Positions 1 to 11,050 of a DNA stretch of 64,000 bases are shown here, piece after piece (position 1 is the first letter of the stretch; each line of letters opens with the position of its first letter). The notes below the pieces were generated by a model. The model had not been told where the DNA came from, did not search any database, and saw only the letters and a program-made list of their open reading frames with translations. Source of the DNA: Zygnema circumcarinatum SAG 698-1b (taxonomy: Eukaryota; Plantae; Zygnematophyceae); contig CM074812.1 in NCBI GenBank assembly GCA_037447605.1, forward strand, positions 3,286,001-3,350,000. The letters are read 5' to 3'. The translations under genes and the position numbers were made by a program.

Positions 1-18
1 CCCACAACCCATTCCGTA

Positions 19-135
19 CCCTAAAAATCCTAAAATCCCGGACTAAACAATAGAGTTAAACCCCAAACCCTAAACCTTAAGCCCTAAACCCTCAACCCGA
101 AACCTTAAACCCAAAAACGCTAAACCCTAAACCCT
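19..135. repeat. Degenerate plant-type telomere repeats (CCCTAAA variants)
   Basis: Run of ccctaaa/ccttaaa/cccgaaa/cgctaaa units; degenerate and preceded by non-repeat sequence. Confidence 0.75.
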
Positions 136-428
136 CTCCTTTCCAAGTGCTTACAACGATACCACTCAAGCCCTGCTCATCAACCCCTCGACTGCTTTTT
201 GTGACCCGCACGAGGCGCCCCGTTTCTCATCAAGACTTTGTTGTCTCAAATGCGGAGGGCCGTAGAGAACTGTTTCTTTGTGCTTGCTGCTTTCCGTAGA
301 AGCCGGAACTATAGAACCACGGTGCCTTGAAAACCTCAAAATGAGCACCCAAAAACCCTAAAACCTCTAGTGCGCGCCTTGTTCATGTGGGCCTTGCGAG
401 GGAGGGAGGGAGGGATGGTTTGGTTTTT

Positions 429-809
429 GGATGTGCGTAGAAGGGTCCTTGTTCATATTGGTTTGTTTCTTGGATGTGCGTAGAAGGGTCCTTGTTCATA
501 TTGGTTTGTTTCTTGGATGTGCGTAGAAGGGTCCTTGTTCATATTGGTTTGTTTCTTGGATGTGCGTAGAAGGGTCCTTGTTCATATTGGTTTGTTTCTT
601 GGATGTGCGTAGAAGGGTCCTTGTTCATATTGGTTTGTTTCTTGGATGTGCGTAGAAGGGTCCTTGTTCATATTGGTTTGTTTCTTGGATGTGCGTAGAA
701 GGGTCCTTGTTCATATTGGTTTGTTTCTTGGATGTGCGTAGAAGGGTCCTTGTTCATATTGGTTTGTTTCTTGGATGTGCGTAGAAGGGTCCTTGTTCAC
801 ATTGGTTTG
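429..809. repeat. 43-bp tandem minisatellite, about 9 near-identical copies
   Basis: Unit GGATGTGCGTAGAAGGGTCCTTGTTCATATTGGTTTGTTTCTT starts at 429, 472, 515 ... 773; no spacers. Confidence 0.95.
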
Positions 810-2809
810 CCGTTTGAATGTCCATAGGAGGCCGGAGTTGGGCGTCTTGAAACGGAGCGGAAAGAAGAGTGCAACCACGCGTCGCGCGGTTACCCTGAAG
901 AAGCGGAAGGCGGCGGAGAAGGCGGCGGCTCTCCTCGAGAAACAAGACGAAAGGGTGGCGAGGAGCGCCGCCCGGCGGGACAAGTTGCAAGAGGCCAAAA
1001 AGTTGTATTGATGAAACTTGTCAAATGTATTGTTCTAGTCGTTTCACTCCGCTCCGTTTGGGAATAAAGTCGGTATCATAGGCTGGTTGGTTGGTTGGTT
1101 GGTTTTGTTCATATTTTGTTAAGGGCTCGCCTCCCTTGCGGATGGTTCAGTCCCGAGGTAGCCATTGATGTGATGAGTTCACGTGCGGAGCCGGCCTCGC
1201 TCATTGGTCGAGCATGGTGGTGGTTTCGGATTGTGAGTTTCGCGCTTCCTTTGTTGGGAGGGAGGTGCGCTCATGGTTACATTTTCGGCCTTAGTTGGCC
1301 GTAGTTTACTTCTGGGGGCAATAGTTAAACTTCTAGTTGGGTTTAGTTTAAGTTGAAATTAAACCACACTATCGCCACTGGGGAGGTGTACCTCAAGGTG
1401 GGGCGTGTGCGCTTTGTCCTGCGCTTTCCTCTCCTTTCCTCTCCTCTCCACGAGGGTGCACTTCACAAGAGGAGGGGTTCAGATTCAAACTGTAAACGGC
1501 CATAGATATCTAGCTGTCTTCCGCAGTGTCACCTTAGTGCGGTCCCTTCAGCTTCCTTTGTGTTCGTTTCTCGTCGTTGCACATTAGGGGGTGTCAGACT
1601 TAACGAAAACCTGACGAAGTCACTGAAGTACTCCTCTAGTAGCGCATCGCGATGTCACCGGAGTACTCGTTTTGGTGTCAAACTTAAGAACAACTTGTTA
1701 AATCTGACATGCCCTATTGTCTCGGTTCGATTTGTAGTTTCTACCGTAGTTCCTTTCAATCCGATTCGCCCCCTCGCAGGGCCCTCTTCGTGTGTGCCCC
1801 TTCGCCCTTTGACGGCCATGGCCATGGCCATGACCATGCCATGCTATGACCATGCCATGCCATGGCGCGCATTTCGAGAAAGTGACGTTCTATGGCGCAT
1901 GGCCGCATGCATGCATGCATGGGCCGTCCGTCCATCCATGGGGCCCCCGAACTGCCAACTCGTTCGCTCACATGTGCGGCGTCAGTCACCACTCACCAGG
2001 CAGACGGTGTCAGACAGTTCCAGTCCTATGGTACGGTCGTCGAGACATGGAACACGGCGCCAGTTCCAGTTCAACGCGTCCTGTTCAAGTCCATAGAACG
2101 ACATGCACCAAGTGGGCACTGCCTGTACGGCCGAAATCTGGCCTTTCCTCCTCATCCGTCCGATGGAATGGATCGGACGGCCCAAGCCGCGTGCGGGCCT
2201 GCTCTGAAGTCCGACAGCCGCCAAGTGGCGCCAAAGGGCCGTACAGCCGCCCTGCCGCATGTGCCGCGGAAACCGACAAGGTCGCTACGGGCGGTGGGCC
2301 CGCGGGGCAACGGCTCCGTTCGTACAGGTCGTACAGGCCGCTCCTCGGCAAGACTTGGCCCAATGACTGCGTGAAACGTCGTGTGACCTCCCTTGACTTT
2401 GCACGTGTGGATCTTCTTCGCATGTGCCAGTCTTCACTGCGATTGGGCGGAGGGCAGCGAATTGTACAGACATGCACCTGCTGTTGTTGCAGGGGGCGGG
2501 ATTGGAAGCAGGTGTCGGTTGTCGTTTTGCGGCGGGTCGTGCGCCCGGCTGCGGGGGATCCGCGGCTGAGGGCTCGGATCGCGGCACTAATGCAAAAATG
2601 TCGGTGCCGTACAGATAGAGAGGAATTTGTCGGCATCAGCTCGGGGTATCACCGACAAATTGGTGCTAGGGACGACATCTGTACGGCACCGACAAACTGT
2701 CATATTGCCAGGTGGTTGTTTATTGCCTGACCGCCTGTGATTGTGCCTTGGCTTTTCTAGGGGAGGTCGCATCGGGTGCATGTCGGTGGCTCAGTTCGAA
2801 GATTCCACA

Positions 2810-3610
2810 GTTCGGACCAGTGGATCGGCAACCATTGGACAACCATTGGATGGCAATGGTTGGACGTCTACTGGTCGGCAACCAGTCGAATGGTTGTTTC
2901 GATCCGGCGGCACTGGTTGGCAACCATTCGACTGGTTGTGAACCAGTGGGTTGTTTCGATCCGGCGGCACTGGTTGGCAACCAGTCGACTGGTTGTTTCG
3001 ATCCGGCAGCACTGGTTGGCAACCAGTCGAATGGTTATATCCATTAAATCAAATGGTTGGCAACCATTAAATTGTCGGTGTACGGATCCCCGTATTGTCG
3101 ATATCCTGTAAATATTTTTCGTACGATTTTCCGGCAAATTTTTTTTTTTGCAGGAAAATCGTACGGAAAATATTTACAGTATATCGACAATACGGGGATC
3201 CGTACACCGACAATTTAATGGTTGCCAACCATTGGATCACTGGTTCCGAACCAGTCGAATGGTTGTTTCAGTCCTGCGCCACTGGTTCGCAACCAGTCGA
3301 CTGGTTTCCAACCAGTGGATGCCACTGGTCGGCAACCAGTCGACTGGTTTGGAACCAGTGGATGCCACTGGTTGGCAACCATTCGACTGGTTGCGAACCA
3401 GTGGCATCCACTGGTTGGCAACCAGTCGAATGGTTGTTTCGGTCCGCAACCACTGGTTGGCAACCAGTCGACTGGTTTGGAACCAGTGGATGCCACTGGT
3501 TGGCAACCAGTCGAATGGTTGTTTCGATCCGCAACCACTGGTTGGCAACCAGTCGAATGGTTGTTTCGGTCCGCAACCACTGGTTGCCAACCAGTCGACT
3601 GGTTTGTCTA
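2810..3610. repeat. Array of palindromic CAACCATTGG / GGTTGGCAACCAGTCGAATGGTTG modules
   Basis: Many short direct and self-complementary modules; related arrays at 22868-22960, 24060-24130 and 35905-36025. Confidence 0.85.
3052..3233. repeat. 81-bp near-perfect inverted repeat (hairpin / MITE-like)
   Basis: Arms 3052-3132 and 3153-3233 are reverse complements with 2 mismatches; 20-nt T-rich loop. Confidence 0.9.
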
Positions 3611-4786
3611 ATGGTCCGATCTGTGGAAGATTCGTGCGGCCGAAAGCTTTGTCGCATGCGCGCGACGGGAAAAGATCCGCCATCTCTGGCCGCTCGGGCG
3701 GGCGCCGACACGCTACGCTGACATGGTGACATGGAACCGCTCGACAACCGTCCGGGTGCCACCTGGCGCGCTGGTCCTCCCGCCGCCCGGGCCGCCGCGT
3801 GTCGGTGGCCAATGAGCCAGTCAGCGTGACTTTGTCGTGACTAGCGAGAACGTATTAGGATTTTGTCGTGAGATGGGGCCAAGGCCGACAGATGGCGGCC
3901 CTTAAAGGCGGGCGGAGGGCGGCACCGACATGTGGCGGCGGGCGGCGCGCCATCTGGCAGCGCGTGTCGGCGCGGGCCTTCGGGCCGCCCAAAGAATGTC
4001 GGTGGCACCGACATTTTGGGGCGGCCGCGCGCGCGGGCGGGCGCAGTCAACGTCGCGGCGGGGCAACCAACGGAATTGTCTCTTTTTTCGGGCTGCCCGG
4101 AGCTGGTCGGGGCGTCACTTTCAACATTTCCGGGCGATATTTTTGTTTTATAATATTTTTAAGTGCCCGAACCCCTGCCCGCAAACAAACCGGAAGGTGC
4201 CGACTCACTCCCTCTAGGGTTGGGAAAATCGCCCGCGACGGACAGCACGCAGGTAGCGACAAAAGCGAGTTGGTTGCGGATGCCGTCCAAGGTGGCAGCT
4301 TGCCATTGGGTCGCATATTCTCAAAACAATTTTTTACATGGAACTGCGAGCCACGCTCTCATGCGCGGCGAGCCACGTGCATGCATGCCCGCCATGCCCG
4401 GCCGTATAACAGATTTGCAATTTCTTCCAAACGTTTCCTTCAAGCCGCGCCTCGCCCTCCCTAAACCTTTCGGCGCTCGGACCCTCAAATTCCGCGGGCA
4501 GTCGGTTGCACGAAAACATTTCCATTGCCCGTACGGCCGTACGGCCCTGACCGTCCCTCCGGAGGGACCGTCCCCGCGCGCTCCGCCCTCCAACCTGTCT
4601 CCCTCCCCTCCCCTCCTCCCTCCCTCCCTCCCTCCCTGCCCCCCCCCCCCCCTGTCCCCTCCCTCCCTCTCTCCCTCCCTCTCCCGCTCCCAGCTCTTTT
4701 CTCCCTCTCGTCTCCCTCCCTCTTCCTCCCTTTCTCTCTCTCCATCTCTCCCTCGCTACTTTTGTTTCTCGCTGCCGCGCGAGGCC

Positions 4787-7074
4787 ATGGTGCCCGAGAG
4801 GCAACGCGACGGAGGCGGAGCAGGAAGGTCCTGGGAGGGGGGGAAAGACTATCTGGCGTGTACGGACGCTTCGGACGATGCCATGGTGGCCGACAGCGCA
4901 GCCAAGAGGTGCGTGGGAGAGGGAGGGTGGGAGAGGGGGAGAAATGGGAGGAGAGTGCGGGGAGGTGCGAGGACTGAAAGGGAGAGGGAGAGGGCTGGGC
5001 TGGCAGGCGGCGCGTGGGAGAGCACGACGAATACGTGTGGCAGCTGTACGGTGAGAAGGAGCTGCTTCCGCACGGAGCCTACACCAGGTGGGCAACGCTC
5101 TCTCTCCCAGTCTCTCTGTCTCTCTTTCTTTGATCCTTTCCATCCCCTCTCCGTCTCCCTCGTTCTACCACTCTTTCCCTTCATTCTTCCCTCCTCTCCT
5201 CCCTCCCTCCCCCTCTCTATGCCTTCGAACTTCTCTCTTGCTCCCTTTCCCCCTCTCGTTTTTTCCGCTTCCCCCCTCTTCCTCGTCCTTCTCCCCCTCC
5301 CTCTTCCTCCCACTCTCTCCCCTCTCCTCTTCCTCCCTCCCCTCTCCCCCTCCTCCCTCGCCCCTCGCCTCCTCCCCACTCCCCTCTCCTCCTCCCCTCA
5401 CCCCCNNNNNNNNNNCCCCCCCCCCCTCCTCCCTGCAGGCAGTACTTCCGGTGCGTGAGCGCGGGCGACGCCACGTGTCCCGCCCGCGCTGTCCTGGAGC
5501 GCGTCTCCTCGCACGTGCGGCTCCTCCGCGCGGCCGCGCACTCGCACCGCTCGCGCGCCCCCGGGCCCCTCCGGGACCCCGCGCCAATCCCTGCCTGCCA
5601 CGTGGCACCCGCGCCAGGACCCCCGCCTGTCTGCCACGTGGCACCCGCGCTAGGACCACCACCTGTCTGCCACGTGGCACCCGCGCCAGGACCCCTGTCC
5701 GCCTGCCACGTGGCACCGCCCGGCAGCCACGACAGCGCTTCGTTGACGTCCCCAGCGGCAATGCAGAGAGAGTTTGAGGAGATGGCGGCGGCGCTAACGT
5801 CAGCGAGCGGGAGAGCGGCCATGGCGGCAGCCATGGCGGGCGGTCTCCTGCGTGGTGGCGATGACTTTTGGGCGAGCCGCTTCCTGCAGCTGCTCATAAA
5901 GAAGGAGGCCGAGCTCGGCTCGCCGGCGGACATGGCGGCGGCTTGCAGCTCCGATTTGTCCTCTCTCACAGGCAGCGGCGGGTCGCCTCCTCTCGCAGGC
6001 GAGAGGGAGAGGGAGAGAGAGAGAGAGGAGAGAGCAGAGAGAGAGAGAGGGAGAGAGAGCAGCCTCTCCAGGGCGGCTGCGGGCCCTTTGGAGGGACCCC
6101 CCTCGGAGAGAAGAAGCTCGAGTCGGAATTCGACTTCGGAGGAGGCCTCGGCTTTGGTTTTGAGGACTCCCTTTGGAGGTTGTTCGCTTTGGGGGGGGGA
6201 AGAAGAAAGGTGGAGGAGGAAAGAAGGAGAAAGGGGGGAGGAGGAGAGGGCTGTTCAGAATTCAATGGGAGGGGAAGGAGAAGGTCGGCCAAGGAAGGTG
6301 GAGGCGACGAAGGGGAAGGGGAGGCGAAACTTTTGGGAGAGGGAGGTTGGAGGAGGAGAGCTACATGCACGGTGAGTGGAGCAAGTTGTGAAGGTGAAGG
6401 TGAAGGTGAAGGGGTTTATTGGGTTTGTTGACTATTGGGGTCGCTGTGATGGTTAACCACTTGACTATGTTGCTGTCTGAGTTGTCACTAACGGTGTGTT
6501 TTTTGCGGTGCTTGTGAAAAATTTCTTCTGCAGGACGTTTTTTCGTTCTGTGAGTGCTACCGATGACAGCTGTGCAGCACCTGCACTCTCTGAAGCGAGT
6601 TTTTTCCAGAGCAATGATAAAACATCATCGCCAATTTCAGTTCGAACCCTCCATGGGGGCCATAGAATTGGACAGGGAAGCTCTGCGTTTGTGGCGGTTC
6701 GACCAACCCGGAAAGTAGTTTCTCGCGAGGAGAGGACGGTGGGCCCCACAGAGGCAAACTTTTGGGTGGGGAAGGAGCTTCACAGCAGCGGCAGCCATGG
6801 CGGCTTGCAGCAGGGGGAGAAGGGAGGAGGGCAGGGGGAGCTTTCACAGACCTCGTCTTATCTCTCGTCAATGAGCCATGAAGCAGAGGTGGAGGGTGGA
6901 AAGCGAAAGCGAGAGGTGGAGGGAGAGGGAGAGAGGGAGAGAGGAGGATGGGGTGCTGCAGTGGGAGAAGACTCGACTCTCCCTTTGTGGGAGTGGAGGA
7001 AGGAACACGACAAGTGGAGCCACTATGTGAACCCTTCCATGGGGTCTGAAGTCTCCTGCGAGCTCCGCCTGTGA
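4787..7074 (+). CDS. Divergent WRKY-domain protein (WQLYGEK; C-x7-C-x20-H-x-H), about 558 aa
   Basis: Exons 4787-4908, 5007-5087, 5439-6371, 6534-7074, all GT-AG and phase-compatible. Spliced domain reads DEYVWQLYGEKELLPHGAYTR|QYFRCVSAGDATCPARAVLERVSSHVRLLRAAAHSH. A phase-2 intron falls in the Arg five residues before the first Cys (WRKY R-type intron). The 3' exon structure is less certain. Confidence 0.7.
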
Positions 7075-8273
7075 AGGGAAATGAGAGAGAGAGGCAATGT
7101 AGGAAGATAGGAAAGTGAGAAAGAGTGGGTGAAGTAGCCGAGGAATGGAGGGAGACGGATAGAGGAGCGAGCGAGGTGGGTTTCGGAAAGAAAAAGAAGG
7201 GAGAGGGAGGGGGCGAGAAGAGAGGGAAGGAGAGTGGTACAATGGACGAGAGAGGAAGAAAAAACTTCTTTCAAAATGTAAAGGTGGGAGGAGTGCTGCC
7301 TTGCAGAGGAGAAACTCCTTTGCAGGTGGCCGACATGCCACAAAGGCAGCCAACAGGTGGTCGCCACGTGGCGACTGTTTTTAGCTTTAGGGTTTGCGCA
7401 TTCAGACATGAGCGCTGTACATAGAAAGGATGGATGGGAGGCATGCGGTGTACATAACGCAGCGGATTCTGGTTGCTGATTGGAGACAAGAAGCAGCCCA
7501 GCGAACAAGTGCCAGTTTCAGTTCTAGTTTGAGTTTCAGTTGCAGTTCCAATTTTATGTTTCAGGCTTCTTGGGAAATCTTCAAATGCTGTTTGTATCGA
7601 GACACTGCATTGGTGTTGTTGTCCTTTCAGTGGAAGAGCAGACTTGGCTGCGCAATCGTCGTATGAGGTGGTGTGGGGGAACACGAATTGCGTGACATGC
7701 TGTATTGGTTTTAACCACTTACAAAAGTAATTAGAAATATTTTACCATTCGTTTCCCGCCGTCTGCAAGAACAAACATGCATCCTCGGGACAAGCGCGAG
7801 AAATGTGCATCACAACGAACTGCAAACCATTCAGAAACCAAAAACATGAAGGCAGTTCGTCGCAAAGCTGAAATCAAATTGTCATCATTTCGTAGTTCTC
7901 CGCATGTTTCCGCGCTTATCCGCACCACGGTGTGATGCACTTCAGAGCACCATAGAAATCCTAAAAGCCCTCCCTCCCTGCGGAGCCCTAAATCTGACAG
8001 TGGCAATTCCAATCCCCACCCCCTTCCACTCTCTCCTCAATTCAAGTCCTCTCCCTCCTCTCCAAACCTCCCTCCACCCCCTCTCGACCGCCACCTGCAC
8101 GCCAACCCGTCATCACAACATCTGTCTCAAAAAACAAGCCCTTCAAACACCCCACGCTATTGATTGCCAAACCCCTTCCGAACTCTCAAAAAACCAGAAA
8201 CCAAAACCAAAAACCAAAAACCAAAAACCGAAAACCAGATACCAGAAACCTGCGGCGCATGTCCCCCTCGGCG

Positions 8274-8856
8274 CTAAGTCCTCCAGGCGGGCGCGGGGGC
8301 GGCGGGGCCCTCCTGCCCCGGGGCGGTTCCGGGCCTTGGCGGGGGCGGGGCCCGGCGAGGGCGCGGCGGGGGCTCGCGGTTGCGGCGCGCCCTCTTGGAG
8401 CGAACGCGGACGACGTGGGAGTGCACTGCGCAGGAGACGCAGTAGTGCACCTTCGCGTACAGCTTCGGGAGGGCGTACCCCTCCACCACGCACGCCTCCT
8501 GCACGTCCCGCAGGGCCGCCTGCTCCACGATGTTGCGCACCTAAAGAAAAGGGGAAGGGGAGGGGGAGGGAAGGGGGGGGGAGGGACGGGGGGAACTTGG
8601 TTAGGTAGCTCTCTTTTCCTCTCTCTTTCTCCCTTTTACTCCAAATATCTCTCCCTCTCCCTCTCCCCCTCCCCCCCACACTTCACCGGAACAAAAATCG
8701 ACCATTAAAGTAGAAAGAGCGAGAGAGAGCAGCTACCAAGAAGCGCTTTATGGCCTTGTCCTTGGGAGTGGCGCGGGCGCAGTTGGAGCAGCGCACAAAG
8801 GGCGCGTGGCCCCGGCCCTTTTTGTTGCGCCCATGGTTTCTCCTCTTCACCGTCAT
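8274..8856 (-). CDS. RPS26: 40S ribosomal protein S26 (eS26), 128 aa
   Basis: Exons 8856-8737 and 8540-8274; [17 protein letters not shown]...RCSNC...KDKAIKRFL|[13 protein letters not shown]...[25 protein letters not shown]; all four Zn cysteines present. Confidence 0.97.
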
Positions 8857-9342
8857 GCTGCTGCTGCTGCTCGCCTTTTCCTCTCCCTCTCCCTCTCCTT
8901 CTCCCTCTCCCTCTCCTCTGCCTCCCTTGTCCCTCTCCCACTCTCCCTCTCTCCCTCTCTCCCGGCCCCGAACCCTCCCCTGATCGCCGGTCCATCCGGC
9001 GGCATGCAGCGGCGCGAAATCGACGGCCGCGGCGGCTTCCACGTGGCGGTTCGCTGTCACCCACGGCAAGCGAACTCGGGGGAGCGCGGGACCGAATGAC
9101 TTCTTTAGTCAGTCAGTGGGGGCAGTTTGACTTGGCTCAACGAGAGAGGGATGACTCGGCCATCATATTATTGACAGGATGCTCAACTCTCATTCAGTCG
9201 TTGATTAGTCCTTCAGTCAAACTGATTACTTAGTCTTAAGTCCTCTTCTTTTTCTCTGTGAACTCATGTTAGCGTCAGCATCATAATGTGTTGGAAAGCA
9301 ATTTGGGGATATGGGGTCATAGGGATTTTTAGAGTATTTTAA

Positions 9343-9645
9343 GGAGAACTATATACCGCCCCCTTTTTTGGTTATCCCGCCACTGTTCTTTTGAAATCCG
9401 ACCCTCCCATTTCGGCTATTCTGCCCCCCTCCCACATTTTGGATATTTCGGGAGGAGATCGCCCCCCTGTTTTGAATATTTATTTCCCGCCCCTCCCGTC
9501 CACTCCCCTCCCCTCCCNNNNNNNNNNAAAATGGGGGAGGGCGGGATATTTCAAAACAGGGGGCAGAATAGCCGAAATGGGAGGGTCGGATTTCAAAAAA
9601 ACAGTGGCGGGATAACCAAAAAAGGGGGGCGGTATATAGTTCTCC
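9343..9645. mobile_element. MITE with about 85-bp terminal inverted repeats (Mutator-like)
   Basis: GGAGAACTATATACCGCC...CTGCCCCC is mirrored at the right end; flanks GTATTTTAA / TATTTTTAA form a near 9-bp TSD; contains an N gap. Confidence 0.75.
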
Positions 9646-10127
9646 TATTTTTAAGAGTGTCTTCAAGGGGTTGGTTGTACGCGAAATGCCGCTACACTTA
9701 AAGGCGAGCATTACATTCTTTCCACGCATGCGCTCAGCAGCTCATGGAGGGCCCGCCCCTATAAGGGCACCCTCCTCATCGGACTGACTACAGAGCGCTC
9801 CGGACACATCAGAGTACGGCTTCTTCGCCTTCTTTCCATGGCAAAATATTTAAGCTCCTCCGTTTCAGACAAACCTGGAGATAACATGGAACACCTGCAA
9901 AACTGCCTACACAGGGAAACGCTCGCAGCGAACTGCGCCGCACTGCCATAGAATGTTCTATGCGATTTGGACCCGGAGTCGGTTAAAGCGCGGAGTCCAT
10001 CTAAGATGAAGGACCTCTCGAGATGAGAGGGAGGGGGAGTTTGACGAATGTACAGAGAGGAGAAGAGAGGAGAGGAGAGGAGAGGAGAGGGAGAGGAGAG
10101 GAAGCATTTGTTCGTTTGTTCGTTCGT

Positions 10128-10997
10128 TCACACGTCGTAGACCGCCATGCGCTCTTGAATGGGCCGCCGGCAGATGGGGCACTGCTTGCACTTGTCCGCG
10201 CACGCACTGCAAGCAGACGGACCCCACAGTTGGGATTGGCTCCGCGAAAGCAAATGTTGACTTTGGAGGTGCACAATCCTTGGGGAGGGAGATGGGGAGT
10301 GGGGAGGGAGGAGGGGAGGGAGGAGAGGGAGAAGGAGAGGGAGAAGGAGAGGGAGAAGGAGAGGGAGAAGGAGAGGGAGAGGGAGATAGTGAAGGAGAGG
10401 GAGAGGGAGATAATAGTGAGGAGAGGGAGAGAGGGAAGAAAGGGAAGAGGAAGGGGAAGGGGAGAAGGGAGAAGGGAAGAGGAAGAGGGAAAGGGAAGGA
10501 AGAGGGAGGAGAGGGAAGGAAGGGAGAAGAAGGGAGGAAGAGGAGAGGGAGAGGGAAGAGGGAAGGGGGAGAGGGAGGAAGAGGGAGAGGAGAAGAAGAA
10601 GGAAGAAAAGAAGGAAAGACTCGGAAGAGGAAGAAGAAGGAAGAAGGAGAAGAAGAAGGAAGAGCAGGAAGAGGAAGGGAGGAGGGAGAGAAAAGAGGAG
10701 GGAGGGAGGAGGAGAAGGACAGGAGAGGAAGAGGGAGAGGAGGAGAGAGAGGGAGGGAGGAAGGAAAGAGGAGGAGGAAGAGCTGCAGCCTTACTTGCAG
10801 GCATAGAGTTGCCCGACGGGCATGAGAACAAGCGCTATGTCGCGTTCGAAGCACACGCGGCATAGAACCTTCTCCTGTAACGCGTTCCGTTCAGAGACCC
10901 CCCAGTCTCAGTTCGGGTCATTTTTAACACCTTGCATCTCCCTGTGAGTTACCCATTCCTCATATCACTACTTCACTGATTCAGAAGATGTAGATCC

Positions 10998-11050
<53 letters not shown>

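Larger units (their letters stand above)
2585..4205. mobile_element. Possible CACTA-type transposon end or relic with TGTCGG/CCGACA subterminal repeats
   Basis: CACTA at 2585 followed by more than ten TGTCGG/CCGACA motifs in both orientations, including an 18-bp inverted pair around 2598/2677; no matching TAGTG end found. Confidence 0.4.

Noticed and set aside
19-135. True chromosome end
   Set aside because: Units are degenerate and short, and similar tracts are scattered through the window
429-809. CRISPR-like array
   Set aside because: Head-to-tail identical units with no unique spacers, no cas genes, eukaryotic context
2720-3812. Many overlapping WLAT/NQST/QPVDW repeat ORFs
   Set aside because: Open in nearly all frames because of the DNA repeat; no coding asymmetry
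4163-5458. 431-aa ORF as a single-exon gene
   Set aside because: Mostly CT-rich low complexity; only 4787-4908 fits the spliced WRKY model
9958-10865. Long S/P/L-rich and R/E/G-rich ORFs on both strands
   Set aside because: Read-through of a purine/pyrimidine tract forming intron 13 of the RING gene
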